Assembly: GCA_002633005.1 (NCBI GenBank)
Contig: NMRA01000219.1
Location: 605,593-669,592 of the forward strand
Origin: Phoronis australis
Lineage: Eukaryota > Animalia > Phoronida
Direction of reading: 5' to 3'
DNA: 64,000 nucleotides
Shown piece after piece: positions 13,409 to 25,637 of the stretch. Within the stretch, counting starts at the first letter, position 1. Every line of letters starts with the position of its first letter. The notes below the pieces were generated by a model. The model was not told where the DNA came from, did not search any database, and saw only the letters and a list, made by a program, of their open reading frames with translations. Both the position numbers and the translations under genes were made by a program.

Positions 13409-13874
13409 GTAAACAATATTTGAGGTTTTTAATCCTATAATTGAAAGTTTACGGAGTGTAAATTTTTGGAAAAATCATAGTCTAGCAGGTAACCTACATC
13501 AGATACCAGGCCGCCAAAATCTGAGTGTGAAATATTGAATACAGACAGATGAAAATTTGAATAATTTGATGCTGTTCCCATCAATGGAAATTTATTTATT
13601 ACAATTTATTTATTTAATTGGAATTATAGAATACGCAATTTCAAATTGTAAGCAATGTTGATAAGCTTAAAATATGAGTTTTGAAGTTAAAAATTATACT
13701 TATTTTTCCTTTTTAAACTTTCATCACCCGATTTCGTTGTTATTCCATTGTAAATAAAATCGAAGGAGTACTTAAAAAGTTGTAATGTACTCAAGTATCA
13801 TTCTATAAATGGATCTAAGTTATTGCACATTTAAATGTGTTTATGTTCAGTTGACACTTTCACTCATATTTCAG

Positions 13875-13959
13875 TGTTAACTCCACGTCAAGCTCAGCTA
13901 GTCTACCCAAAGATGGCACACAAAGAGTGGCAATGCGATCGATATACTGGATCTTACAG
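13875..13959 (+). CDS. THEG: THEG/SPMAP2-like protein, exon 4
   Basis: tttcAG acceptor, VLTPRQAQLVYPKMAHKEWQCDRYTGSYR, GTATTG donor; phase 1-2; THEG repeat 'TPR..QL..PK'. Confidence 0.75.
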
Positions 13960-14951
13960 GTATTGTGGCCAGCCTGAGTTTGTCATCGCAAAATTTAATT
14001 TCTGCTTACTTACAGAGGAGAGGAGGGTCTACTATGAAATTTTTCAGTTCCGCCATTTGCGCACAATTCTATAGGAATCCATGTATTTTTATGAGTCACA
14101 GGAAAGCAGTATATCACAACAACAAACACCTTAGACTTGTTTTATGCAACTTTTCATTGATTTTTTTCTGAAAATGTATAAACGCCCAAATTTTTGATAG
14201 GTACGCTTAATCAGATGTGAAGTTATGTATTGGTTTGCAAAGAATTAGAGTTTGTCATGGAAACCACACTCAACACATAATGACACACTTAACAAGCTAA
14301 CTTATACATCCTGACCTCAAAGCTATAATGCACTGTCAGTTATTTTGAAGCCTTGAAATCACGTCCCAACTTGATTTTAAGAGGCTAATTGGTCTTAATC
14401 AAAGTTGTTTTTCACAACGGAACAATTCTATCATGTATGCTGTTTCTTTATGTTGATGAAAAATATCATTTTATCTATGTATGTAACAAGTACTGCCCTC
14501 TTAGAACAACAAATTATACGTGGGCTCCGCAGCACTGAAATAAATGGGGGTTATAGCCTCCCCAGCCCCCTATGGTGCATCGCCCATGTTATATCTGAGT
14601 GGTGCTAGTGTGAGCCAAATAAGTAGAAATTTGCAAAATTAATGAAAACGTTGGAGCTTACCAACCGAAATTAACCCAGTTTCGAAATTTGATTTTTACC
14701 GCCACTTCCCTCTGGGATAAGTCGCCCAGCGCTATTCTGTGATTACATGATACATGTGAGGCAAGACTACAAATAAAGTACGAAACTGACTGATTGATTA
14801 AGCAATTGCTGTCCGCAAGACAGGCAATGCAGCGATAGATATCAGCTCAAGAGTTACTAAAGAAGTTCTTGAGGTGAATTGTATGGCTTTGCCAGCTGTT
14901 TATTTGACGTTATATTTTAGTATCTATTAATTCTTACGACTATGTCCGCAG

Positions 14952-15507
14952 GTACAAGCCCATAATTCCCGTATCAAAAGGCGCCATGAGCGCAGAGGCG
15001 TCGGAACGTGTGGCGCAGTTAGCTCAACATAAGAATCCTCCACAAAGCTTTGAATTTGATCGTTCTGTCTACACAGAAGTGAGTCGAGGAGCGAAGAAAG
15101 CGGAGGCTTCGGAAAGGATCGCAGTTTTAGCGACACCCAAGAAAAATTTCGGCGTTGTAGATTTCCGCGCCGAACATCCCGATTGGTTCTGGGCAGATTT
15201 ACCTAACCCTATCTCTCGTGCAGCGCTAAAAGCAAATTGTACGGAACGCGTTGAGACTCTAGCTTTGCATAAAGGCCCGCACTTTCAGGATCGAGAAGTG
15301 ATATGGATCCCGTCAGAGACTGCTAAGAAAGCCATTGCTACGTTGAGAGTCAATCAGCTGGCCAGACCAAGAAGCCGTACAAAAATGCCTGAGGAATTTG
15401 ACCCTTATAAAGTCTCTATTGCGGCCAGACGGGCTAATGCAACCCCTCGTGTTAGTGAATTATCTCTTCCAATTCCTCGTAAAGTAAGAAGCAAAAAGAA
15501 TGTTTAG
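14952..15507 (+). CDS. THEG: THEG/SPMAP2-like protein (testicular haploid expressed repeat), terminal exon
   Basis: Five THEG repeats: SERVAQLAQHK, SERIAVLATPK, TERVETLALHK, TLRVNQLARPR, TPRVSELSLPI, each preceded by (V/I/P)S..A..A. THEG vs THEGL not resolvable. AATAAA at 17671. Confidence 0.9.
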
Positions 15508-17186
15508 GTTGATTTTTGTGTCATGATCTTTAACAAAAATGCTGTCGGTCAAAATTACTTACAAGTGTTAGGAAAATCGACCTGAAAAGTTATTTTTAGG
15601 ATTTTTTAATTATTACTCTTCGTAACACTTTAGATGGTGAGTGAGGTAATTATTCTTGAATGGTTTCTTCCCAATTTTTGCTCACAGCGTGGAGAACTGC
15701 TTATCAAATCTTGTACAGACATTTTTATTAACAGTCTGCTGAAGTATTTTCTGAGATCTTTGACTGTGCAATTTTATCTTAGCCGTTGTATTGCATGTTG
15801 TGATATTTACAGGAATGCTCATTTTGTATGTTTATTTTGTAATATTGTTAATTAAGCTCATTGTATACAACTGCAGTTGTACAAAAATAATTGTATAGCA
15901 ATGTTTTGGCTTTGATGCGTAATTTTCCATGGTTGTAGAACTTCATCTATGCATATTTATTTGGATGTGTGGTACTAATTGCTTTGTTTACTAATATTTT
16001 CTAAGCTTGGATTAATAGCTGCAGTAATATTGCTCACATTTTGCCGACATTGTAATCAAGTGCTTTTAACTTGTTATGTCAATTTATTACTTCTGTATAA
16101 AGTGAATGAACTAGGTGTGGTCGATTTAAGCTCAGATTTTCGGTTATATATTCCGAGATTATGCAAGATTTTAATTACCATTTTAAGCAGTATGAAATGA
16201 AATGAAATGAAAGGTACTAACATATGTACTGAAATTCTGCAGGATAGATTATGACCCTATTTTGACTGAATTCTTTATGATGTGCCAGAAAATTCTATCG
16301 TGTCCAATCCAGTTTCATTTCATTTTGTAGGAATTTTGTATCAGGACAAATGTATAATATTGCACAAAACCTCAATCTATGTGCATTTCAAGTATAGGGC
16401 TCCATACGAACATATAACCTAAGGTACTGAGAATTTTCATTCATTTCTGGAAATTGCTAAGAAATTATACAAAATCTATTCAGTTACCAAGTGTACAGTC
16501 ACGTTGTGTTCATTGTCTTGTCTTATATATATTATGAATGCATGGCCAATGTTGGAACAACAAAAACACGAAGAAATCTCTGTATTAGATGAAAATGATA
16601 CGGTATAAATGTTGTCCGTGCGTGCACGCTCATACTAACTGCTGAAAAATGAATTTCATGTTTAGTGCCTTTTCCCATTCTCAAACGGTTTTGATATTCT
16701 TTCGTGCATACATTTGCTATGTCTCATAAACACTGCTGCTTTCTTGCTCAAAACATTTTGCTGTTGTAAGATACTCTTGCTCAAGATTTAAAATTGTATT
16801 TTTTTAAGTTTAGACTTCTTCCACTGTTTTTAAAAAACTCATTTCACATAAACTTTGAGAATTGCTGTACTAGAAGAGCCATTCTATTCCTGTGATGAGA
16901 GGTCAGTGGTAAATTAATATCACAGTGGTAGATTTGCTCTACTATTTATTGGCAGTTTATTTTGATTGTATGTAACAATAACTTGGTGGTGTGCTTGTGG
17001 GTTTGTCTGCAATATTGCGTGTCTTTAAGGCATAATCTAACTGGTATGCATTCAATAACGCAAATGCTTGCGAGTTGGCAACATTTCGCAAATCTCATTA
17101 GTATTTTGCCAATCCAAATGCATTACAGCGAACATGTTTTAAACATACCTTTGCTTGCCAGCTGAACTTAAGTTTCAACAAACAAT

Positions 17187-17337
17187 TTAGAGAAGTCCTG
17201 GGAATTTTTTTCATTGTTGAAAGGAGTCAATTTAACAAGCCGAGCCCTCCTCAACAAACAGTTTCAAATTAGAGAAGTCTTGGGAATTTTTTTCATTGTT
17301 GAAAGGAGTCAACTTAACAAGGGGAGCCCTCAACAAA
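17187..17337. repeat. Tandem duplication, ~82 bp x2, in probable THEG 3' UTR
   Basis: ttagagaagtc(c/t)tgggaattttt..cattgttgaaaggagtcaa(t/c)ttaacaag..gagccctc occurs at ~17187 and ~17269. Confidence 0.9.
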
Positions 17338-20300
17338 GCAATGGCACTGAAACTATTCGATCATTTTCTCAAATGTGTATATCTGGGGTCTGATAGGTAA
17401 TTAATTACCCTCAAGGCTTACTATTTCTCAAGCATAATTCAAGTAATGTCACTGCTAGTGTCTTGCAAATGGTTTGCGTTAATGAGTGCGTGTCTGTTCT
17501 ATGCATGGTGGTTGTATTTTGATTTCTGGGTTGTGGTGCTGTGGTAAATATTTGTGAATTACCCCAAAACATCAAGCGTGACAGGATTGCTGCTGTTCTA
17601 TTACTGTTCTATGAAACTATTGTTCGGATTATTTTGTTTTCAATCCGCAACTTTCATCCATTCAAAAGTCAATAAATAAAAGACTTGAAATTAAACCAAA
17701 GCTGATTTTTACAAAATTTGATTTTACACTTTTGATGTAATGACAAAGAAGTCAGAAAGCACCAAATAGCTAACCAGGTACAGATCCAGAGTGAGGGTGG
17801 GGGAGGTAGGGAGGGTCACTACAGGGGCTACCTGCACTACCTAGCTTGTGTCGTTTTCTACATTTACTGTGGAAAAATTACTAGCATCCTTTATGTTTTT
17901 GCACTGTAAAACCCCTGGTCAACAACAGGGCTTTGGGCCTGTGGGTAGCCAGTATCATGTAGCATGTTATTGCATGTTTCCTTTTCACAAAATCAATGAA
18001 AACTAATACAGAAGCATAACCATTTTATTGAAAAAATATACACGTAAAATAGTACACGTCTCGTGCTCTGCTACTGTTCTGCAGAAAGCATCTACTGACC
18101 AATGTACCGATTCCAGACATCTAACCATGAGCAAAGAATTGTGGGACCCATTTGTCACTAAAATGTTTTGCAAGAAGTAAAGAATCATGGGAACAGCTGA
18201 CATAAAAAGAAATAGTTGGGTACAACAAATTATAGCTGTGGTGCTCATGGCAAACACAAACTGGGGCATGTGCTGGCACTGGTCAAGTTTCTAAGAAACA
18301 ATAAAACAAGTCAAAATTGAATCATTTTTACAGTGTTGGCTACTTTGGTCAGCACACTAGCTAGCTAGCTAGGACAATATAACATAACTTAACATTTGTC
18401 CTAATTATATTCCCGGGATCTATCAACAGAAAATTCTTAGTCTAACATAATGATGCTGTAGATATACAAGTGCAAGCTTCACCAATGCTAATACAGACTT
18501 AAAACTGTCTTAGTTTATTACACTAGACCATCACCTCAACTTGCAGAAACATTGTAATGTTTGGATTGCACCATTGTTAGACAGCAGCTTCTTTTGAAGA
18601 TGACACAACTGAAGGTTCGTTTACAAGAATCTGTTCTCACTTCAACTTCAGTAAAATAATCAGTGCTTATATCAAATTTGAACTAGAACAATTACCAACA
18701 ATTCCATCATCATTTTCAAAAGTTTATTGCAATGCTCAAAAGCTCACCAGAGAATTTCATCAAAGGTTGTCTGATGTCTGTATGCTACAAAATATGAATA
18801 AAGGAAGCAAAATTCTCCAAATTTTTCTCTTCGTAGTTTTGTGTTCTAGAATAAGCTTTACACACGCAAAAATGTTTGTCTAATAAAGTGCAATATCAGG
18901 CAGAAATCAAAGAAGACGGGTACTTCTCAGAGTAGATGAAATGTTTCATGTAATTAAGGTAACAAGACATTATTTATATTCACTGCCAACAGAGGTCCCT
19001 AGAGTTAGCAATGAGCCATCGGTATCTTGAATGTTGTGAGACAAAAAAAAGAAGCAACTAGACAAAAAAATACAACACTACGATCTGCAACAAACAACGC
19101 CTATGGCAATGGCCAAACAACGCCTATGGCAACGACCAAAATACCAATGGCTGCATGGAATTTACAATTAAGACACACTACGAGACACGTAATATGAGAC
19201 ACTAATATCTAACTGGCATTAATGCAAACATACAATCAGAGACCAGCATGGAGAAAGCTTCACGTCGAAGTTCGCAAACACCACAGCACGCCAATAAACC
19301 AAACAGAAAGTGTTATATTGAAATAAACAAAAAAAAAAACAAAATAAAACCTGATATAGAGGTACATGTCGCCGTAGGCAGTCACATGACTCGGTGTCAC
19401 GTGACTACTCACACCGACATATGCTGCCTGAAACACGAATCACAAGAGACACAATTATAACATTTACGGGGAACACGTGGTAAAAAGGGCTGTAAAAACA
19501 CGGCAAGTTCGACTCCAGTCGATATTTCAATTGGTTCACTCAGGAAAACATCCGCAGTAAAAATCCTTCAATTTGGGACAAAAATAATTGCTAAAACTGC
19601 CCCATTTCTACTCTTCACAGGTTTGCCAATTGTTTGGTAATAGCCAAATCAAAATCAAATATTCCAGAACACTTATTTTTGTTTAGAAATTTTACAAGAT
19701 GAAATTTCATGTGTCCGCATTACTGTATCCCAAACTCGAGAATTTTTATTGCAGTTTTAAACTGACCAATTTAAAGAAAAGCAAAAGCATATGATAAACT
19801 TGAATTATATAACTACAAGTCTTCATTTATTCTACACAAAATAAATAAATTACCTAAATTGTCACCTTCATTTTTTTCGAAAGCTGACTGCCAAAGAATC
19901 AACAATAAGGGTATAATCCTATCGTCTTTAAAAAGAAATTACAAGTCTGAATTTTAAGACACCCCCTAAAGTGCCTTTAATTTTCTGAAAAGTTTATTAG
20001 ACAATTAGGACATAAAATTGAGACAAATACCAAAAGCAAAAATCAAATATCTAAGAATCAATCAAAATTGTGATTCTCACAGCCCTAGCAAAATACACAG
20101 ACACACACACACACACAAACACACAAAACAAACTCAAAAGACAAGGACTTACAGTACACTTCTGGGTTACCGCCCAGGGTGCTTAAACTGGGAAACTAAA
20201 CATCAGGGGGTGGAAATTGAGCCGCACACAAATGCAAACAGTTGATCGGGCTAACACACAACGATGTCACGTGCAAGAGCCACATATTACACTAACAGGC

Positions 20301-21854
20301 GGTTAACAATGTACCATGGGGCTTACTACCAGCAATGGAGAGATCGCACACAGTAATCCAGCCTAGCTTGATGCATGGAAGTTAACCCTGACAAGTACAT
20401 TATATGATGTAACTGAACTTATCTTAACATTAAATAAAACTTACAAACACATTTATCTAGTTTTTCTATAACTAAACACCCAATCATGACCGAGAAGAAA
20501 CAGAGGCTGAAAATGGCAGATGCTGAAATTTAAGAGAACGCAACTGCGTCACACTGACTTCTGAGCACCATTTGGATTTTGGAATCGTAAAAAGTCATTT
20601 TATAATTTTAAAGGTAATGATCAACTTCAAAACATTCTTATGTGACCCTCGAGAACTCATGAAAGCGCCAGCTTCTTTTCTAGAATAGAAACTTTCTTGT
20701 TACAGATTTAAAAATGCCTTGGTTAGGTGGCCTCGTCAAAACAAAACTGTAAACCTAAATTCGCCTTCAACAGTAACAAAAACGTTGCACTCATTTTGCC
20801 ATGAACGCTCTCTATCATAGTAGCTAACAGTGACAAATAATGCTAGCCAATAAATTATAGGGATTGCTGACTGGCCAAGATTGCTGCACTGTTAGATATC
20901 TTCATGACGGGAAATTCTTTATGAAACCTACTTTCTTTCACTTAGCGAAGTTAAGTACGACGAAGGCAGTTTCAAAATTCACATGCTGTTTTTGGTTAGT
21001 GTCATTTGATGAAGGTCAACGTTACCTCAAGACTGTATCACAACATGACAGTTTTAACAGACAAAAGTGTTTACCATTCTTTTCATGTTAGTTTGAGTGC
21101 TTAACACAGAACTAATTGGACATAGCCAGATATATAGACTGTCACACTGTATAACTCTACGTGTATAGAATATATATAGATATGTAACAGCACAAATCAT
21201 CACAGAATACACATTTCAAGATTTAAACAACACCTGCTTGATAAAATAAAAACATTTGCGCTTAACTTATGCGTGCTAATCCAAAACATTCAAACCCGTT
21301 TTTCACATCGGCATTCTTGCTAGCTAAGTTTCTACTTTCACAGACTTACTCAACTAATCAATGACAAATTAAAAACATCATTTTGACCATAATGATATTT
21401 TACCAAAAGAGGTCTATTAACATTGCATAATAATATTAATAAGTAACTTCCACATCTTGATACACACATTCATTGCATCAAGAGCAATAGGTTACTTATT
21501 GTATTACTATATAATGTAAAAAAAATTATCAAAAACATTATTTCATAGCCTAAAATTTCCACGAAAGCAGATCTCTCATGTTCAATCCAGCAATACGCCA
21601 TGCCACGAAAACCTCTGGCTTCATTCCTGCGACACACTGTTCAAGAAAGGTGAAACATTTTTCCATCCTCCACAATGCAGTTCCGATACCCATGCACCAC
21701 TCTTGTTAGAAGTCCCAACTGGACATTGATCACAAGCTGATATGGCTATAGCCAGCCAAATTTTCTAGTTGTCTCTTCCGTGAAATGTGCAACTTCACCA
21801 AACATGACTTCACGAAGCAACTGTCGCCTAATCATTTTGCAGGGTCAGCTTTGG

Positions 21855-21956
21855 CTATGACGCAACCCTTGAAATATTAACCAAAGTCTCGACTGTGTTT
21901 TGTGGCACTGGTGAATTGTAGTTCAGTAGAAGACTGAGGACGTCGTCATTACTCGA
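21855..21956 (-). CDS. Unrecognised small single-pass membrane protein, terminal coding exon
   Basis: Minus strand: long T tract + CAG acceptor, SSNDDVLSLLLNYNSPVPQNTVETLVNISRVAS-TAG; phase 0. Confidence 0.65.
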   Translation of the reverse strand, partial: SSNDDVLSLLLNYNSPVPQNTVETLVNISRVAS

Positions 21957-22329
21957 CTGAAAAAAAAAAAGAAATTATGACTGGAGTGAGACGCATGATC
22001 ACAGAGGACTACACTAAAAACGCTTCAATATAGGACAGAAAATATTTTAAGGGTGGAAATTTAGAAACTTACAATGTCAATCTAAAAATACCAGTATTTT
22101 AAACATACATGCAATAAAAATGCGGATATTTTAGAGTGGATATGCAGATGTTTCAATTCCAGACTTACATTTTGTAAATAAAATGTTCAGTGTAAAGACC
22201 TTGGGAAATACGACAAGCACAAAGATCACCTACTTCCAATTGATCAGAAAAAGTGTTGAATACTTTCATTGAATTGCAGAGTTACTAATGCACTAAGGTT
22301 TGTTTCTTCACAGTCCAGTGATCACGTAC

Positions 22330-22479
22330 CAATTGAACATTTTTTGACCGTCTTGTTCGAAGGTCTAATGAATGTAGACATAGACCGAGGTGTGGTAACA
22401 GTATTATCGTAATCATAATTGAGAAGGGTGCCCTCAGTGGTGGTGGTCGGAAACGCTCACTAAGAACATAATCACTCGA
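22330..22479 (-). CDS. Candidate in-frame cassette exon of the small membrane protein gene
   Basis: ttttttcacAG acceptor, 150 nt open in phase 0-0 (SSDYVLSERFRPPPLRAPFSIMITIILLPHLGLCLHSLDLRTRRSKNVQL), GTACGT donor. Confidence 0.4.
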
Positions 22480-24281
22480 CTGTGAAAAAATGAACTTTGG
22501 TGCATTAGGCTATAACTTCATTTTCAAAATGAGGGGACTGTCCCAAACTGAAACAAGTTCACTGTGTATCACAGACTTGTTTCCGTAGACGACTGATAAT
22601 ATTAGCCACTCATAAAAATTGGAATTTATTGTTGCATAATCCCATCAGCAACACTTCTCATTTTTAGTTAAGTGGGAGTACTTAGAGCTTGTGAAATATT
22701 TAAATCAAATCTTGACAATTCAGAAAGATAAAGTGCAACACTAGCAACTACAATAAATGCTCTTCAATTTGTACACATAAGGTATACATTAGTAATTTAT
22801 TTCATGAAATTTATCGATAAAGAGAAACGTAAAGAAAAATCTGACTTCAGTATTAGGATGATCTGTGCTCAATAGCTTTCGCAAAACAAAAGTTGGGTCA
22901 CATTTTAACAATGTAATCTGTCCTTGAAAAGTGGAAAATTTCTATTTTAATTGAAGACGTATGCTGATAATCTTGAGGAGGTGAGCGTCAAAACCTGTCA
23001 CCACAGGTAAGGTCGGGTCTTGACTCACAGCAATGTTTTGTTAGGGTTACTAGACATCAACAGGGGTCACCCACATAGGAAACTTGACGTCCTCCACAGC
23101 GAAATCAATAGTTACCACGGTTACCACTTGGTAGATACTTTAGCATTTTTTTGAGAAGGCACACAATGATATCATTAGGAACCAAGAGATGTTTATTGAT
23201 TGTTTCTGGGATCAGAAACTCCATTCCAACCTGTTCTATTTCATATTGGAGCTGATCATTTTTTGGAATTGAAAAAGCAGGGCAGGTTCTCAGACGAAGG
23301 ACACTACATTCAAGAGATTGCAATTTAGGTTGTGAAAGAATCTTTTCATCAAGTGATGCATCACAATTAATAAATATTGCCATTACAGCCTGTCAATTTA
23401 ATGCTGCAGATCAATCACTTAGCTTTCACTAATAAATGTGTCTATGCATATCACATTGTGAAAAGCAACTATGGCATAAACCACGTGCCAAAGGCGCTTT
23501 CTACAGCAAAAGTTCATACATGGGATGTTAAACAAAATACATAGAAATTTGGTATTTCCACAGATTCAAAATTGTACTACACAGCGCAGGCCAAAAATAA
23601 TCGGACAAAATGACTAGGAATTCAGCCATGATGACTGCAAACCCAGCAGCATCCAAGTAAAATTCACCAGCAGTTACTAGAAATTGACTGGCCATGACGG
23701 GTAATAAGACAATGAAGACTGGGGAACAGATATCCATTTGATTGCTTTCAGTGTGTAGTGTAAAGGCCAATGGAGAAAAACTAAGCTTTAGTTTTGTTGA
23801 AAATGTGCAGAGAAACGCATATCTAATCAACAAGGTTCTGGTTTTCATCATCTTTCATCACAAGCACATTTGTTATTCTAAGGCAATATTATCGCAATCA
23901 TTCACTTTGTCTGAATTAAAATTGGTAACGAAAGTCGCCTGACATTAAAGAGACAAGTCCTCACACAAAACATTAATTTGATAAGCAATTTGACATTTCA
24001 CTGTTTTCATCTCCTGCTCACAAGCACTTTAACCATCAACTCGATTTCTGTTGAGCATTTCATACCCAGTTTCATAACAGTCTCCTAGCATGTGGTGTGC
24101 ATAACAGTGAACTGTTGACCTACTTTTAAGTAGACCTACTTTTGAGTATGTCAACAGTTGATCCCGCCTTCGGACTAGAGAGGGTCACAAAATTAAAATG
24201 TTTCAGTAATAATTAAGTTAATTACACACAGTTCATTGAGTTGACATTGGGAGTGAATGTTGAAATAGCAAACATGGTTAA

Positions 24282-25637
24282 GGATATCTCCAACCTTATT
24301 CACAGAAATTGGACATTTTTACAATATTTCAGGTGTCTAGCAAAATGCCTTATCTTCATTCTCAGGGAACTTCAAAAACAAAATATATACCGCGTAGCGA
24401 GAAAAAAAGATTTAGCACAACCATCTTGGAACCGCACAACCGCGTGGATATTTGTTTTCTACTTATCCAAGGTCAAAGGTTAAAGGGCTTTCAATCAAAT
24501 CGAATCTCCCGCCAGGTACAGAACAGCTTTGTATACCCTCAGTCCTTTCATTCACTGAGTCGCCATAATATAGAGTCAACGAGGTGTACTTATGATAGAA
24601 CGGTGCTGGGGAAAACAAAGACAATACGACCGTTGGCGTAGAAAATGAATGCTATGAGTCGCCTCAGGCCTCTGTGGTCAAGAACACAGCAAGTTGTGAA
24701 AAGAGATAAATCCTCACCCTAATTCCTTAATTCAATTAATAAGTTGACACTTCAATGTTTCGATCTCAAGCTAACGACATAATTTAACCACCGATTCGAT
24801 TTTTGTTATCCATTTCTTACTTGTATTCGTATCAGTCCTCAGCACGTGACGTGTACAGCCTATGTACATAACAATGAACTGTGACCTACTTAGAAAGTAG
24901 GTCGTAAACAAAAGTAAAAGTTGGCTGGGAACGATACCTCTATTTGAGGTTTTAATGATAATTAAGTTAATTATGCACTGCAAAATCAGCTGACATGGCG
25001 AGTGAATGTTGAAATACCTAACATAGTTAAGGCTTGTATAGGTTATGTGTCCGAAAACAACTTTTCACCAAATAATTAACCGAATACTTTGAGATTTTCA
25101 CTCGTCCCAGTTTAATCGGCTTTTTCTCAGCTTCTGCAAATCGACTTTATTTGAATTTAGGAACAATAGTTCTCAAGAACGGTTGGGTGAAACTTTATAA
25201 ACTTAATATTTAGTCATTAATCTCAAAAACGCCGTTAGGATTTTTGATATAAAGTCCTAGTTTTTCGCGTAATGTGACAAAGACGAATAGAACAAAAATA
25301 CCTTATGTTTTGCGAGTTGATTTGTCATAGAAACCAAACAAACAGACTAATAGAAAATTCCTAACAGCATTTTTGAGGTAACTGGTGAAGTTTTCATTTA
25401 AAAGGGTTTCATTAAAATCGACCAAGAGGATATTTTGCTCTGAATGTACCTTTCTTAAAAATGAAATTTTGACTTAAAGGCTTTTACGTAAAAATAACAA
25501 TTGAACATCAATACAGAAAGTATATATATTTCCTGGTCTTTGTTCTGTCAGAAAATATATACTTTTACTAGTTGACAAAGCTTATTTTTTGATATACGAG
25601 TTAGAATGGGGGCCACTAAATAAGGTTTGAGATAACC
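24282..25637. mobile_element. TTAA-flanked non-autonomous DNA transposon (Kolobok-like)
   Basis: TTAA|ggatatctccaaccttatt ... aataaggtttgagataacc|TTAA (17/19 TIR match); TTAA on both sides; an internal TTAA-initiated element end at ~25028. Confidence 0.6.
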
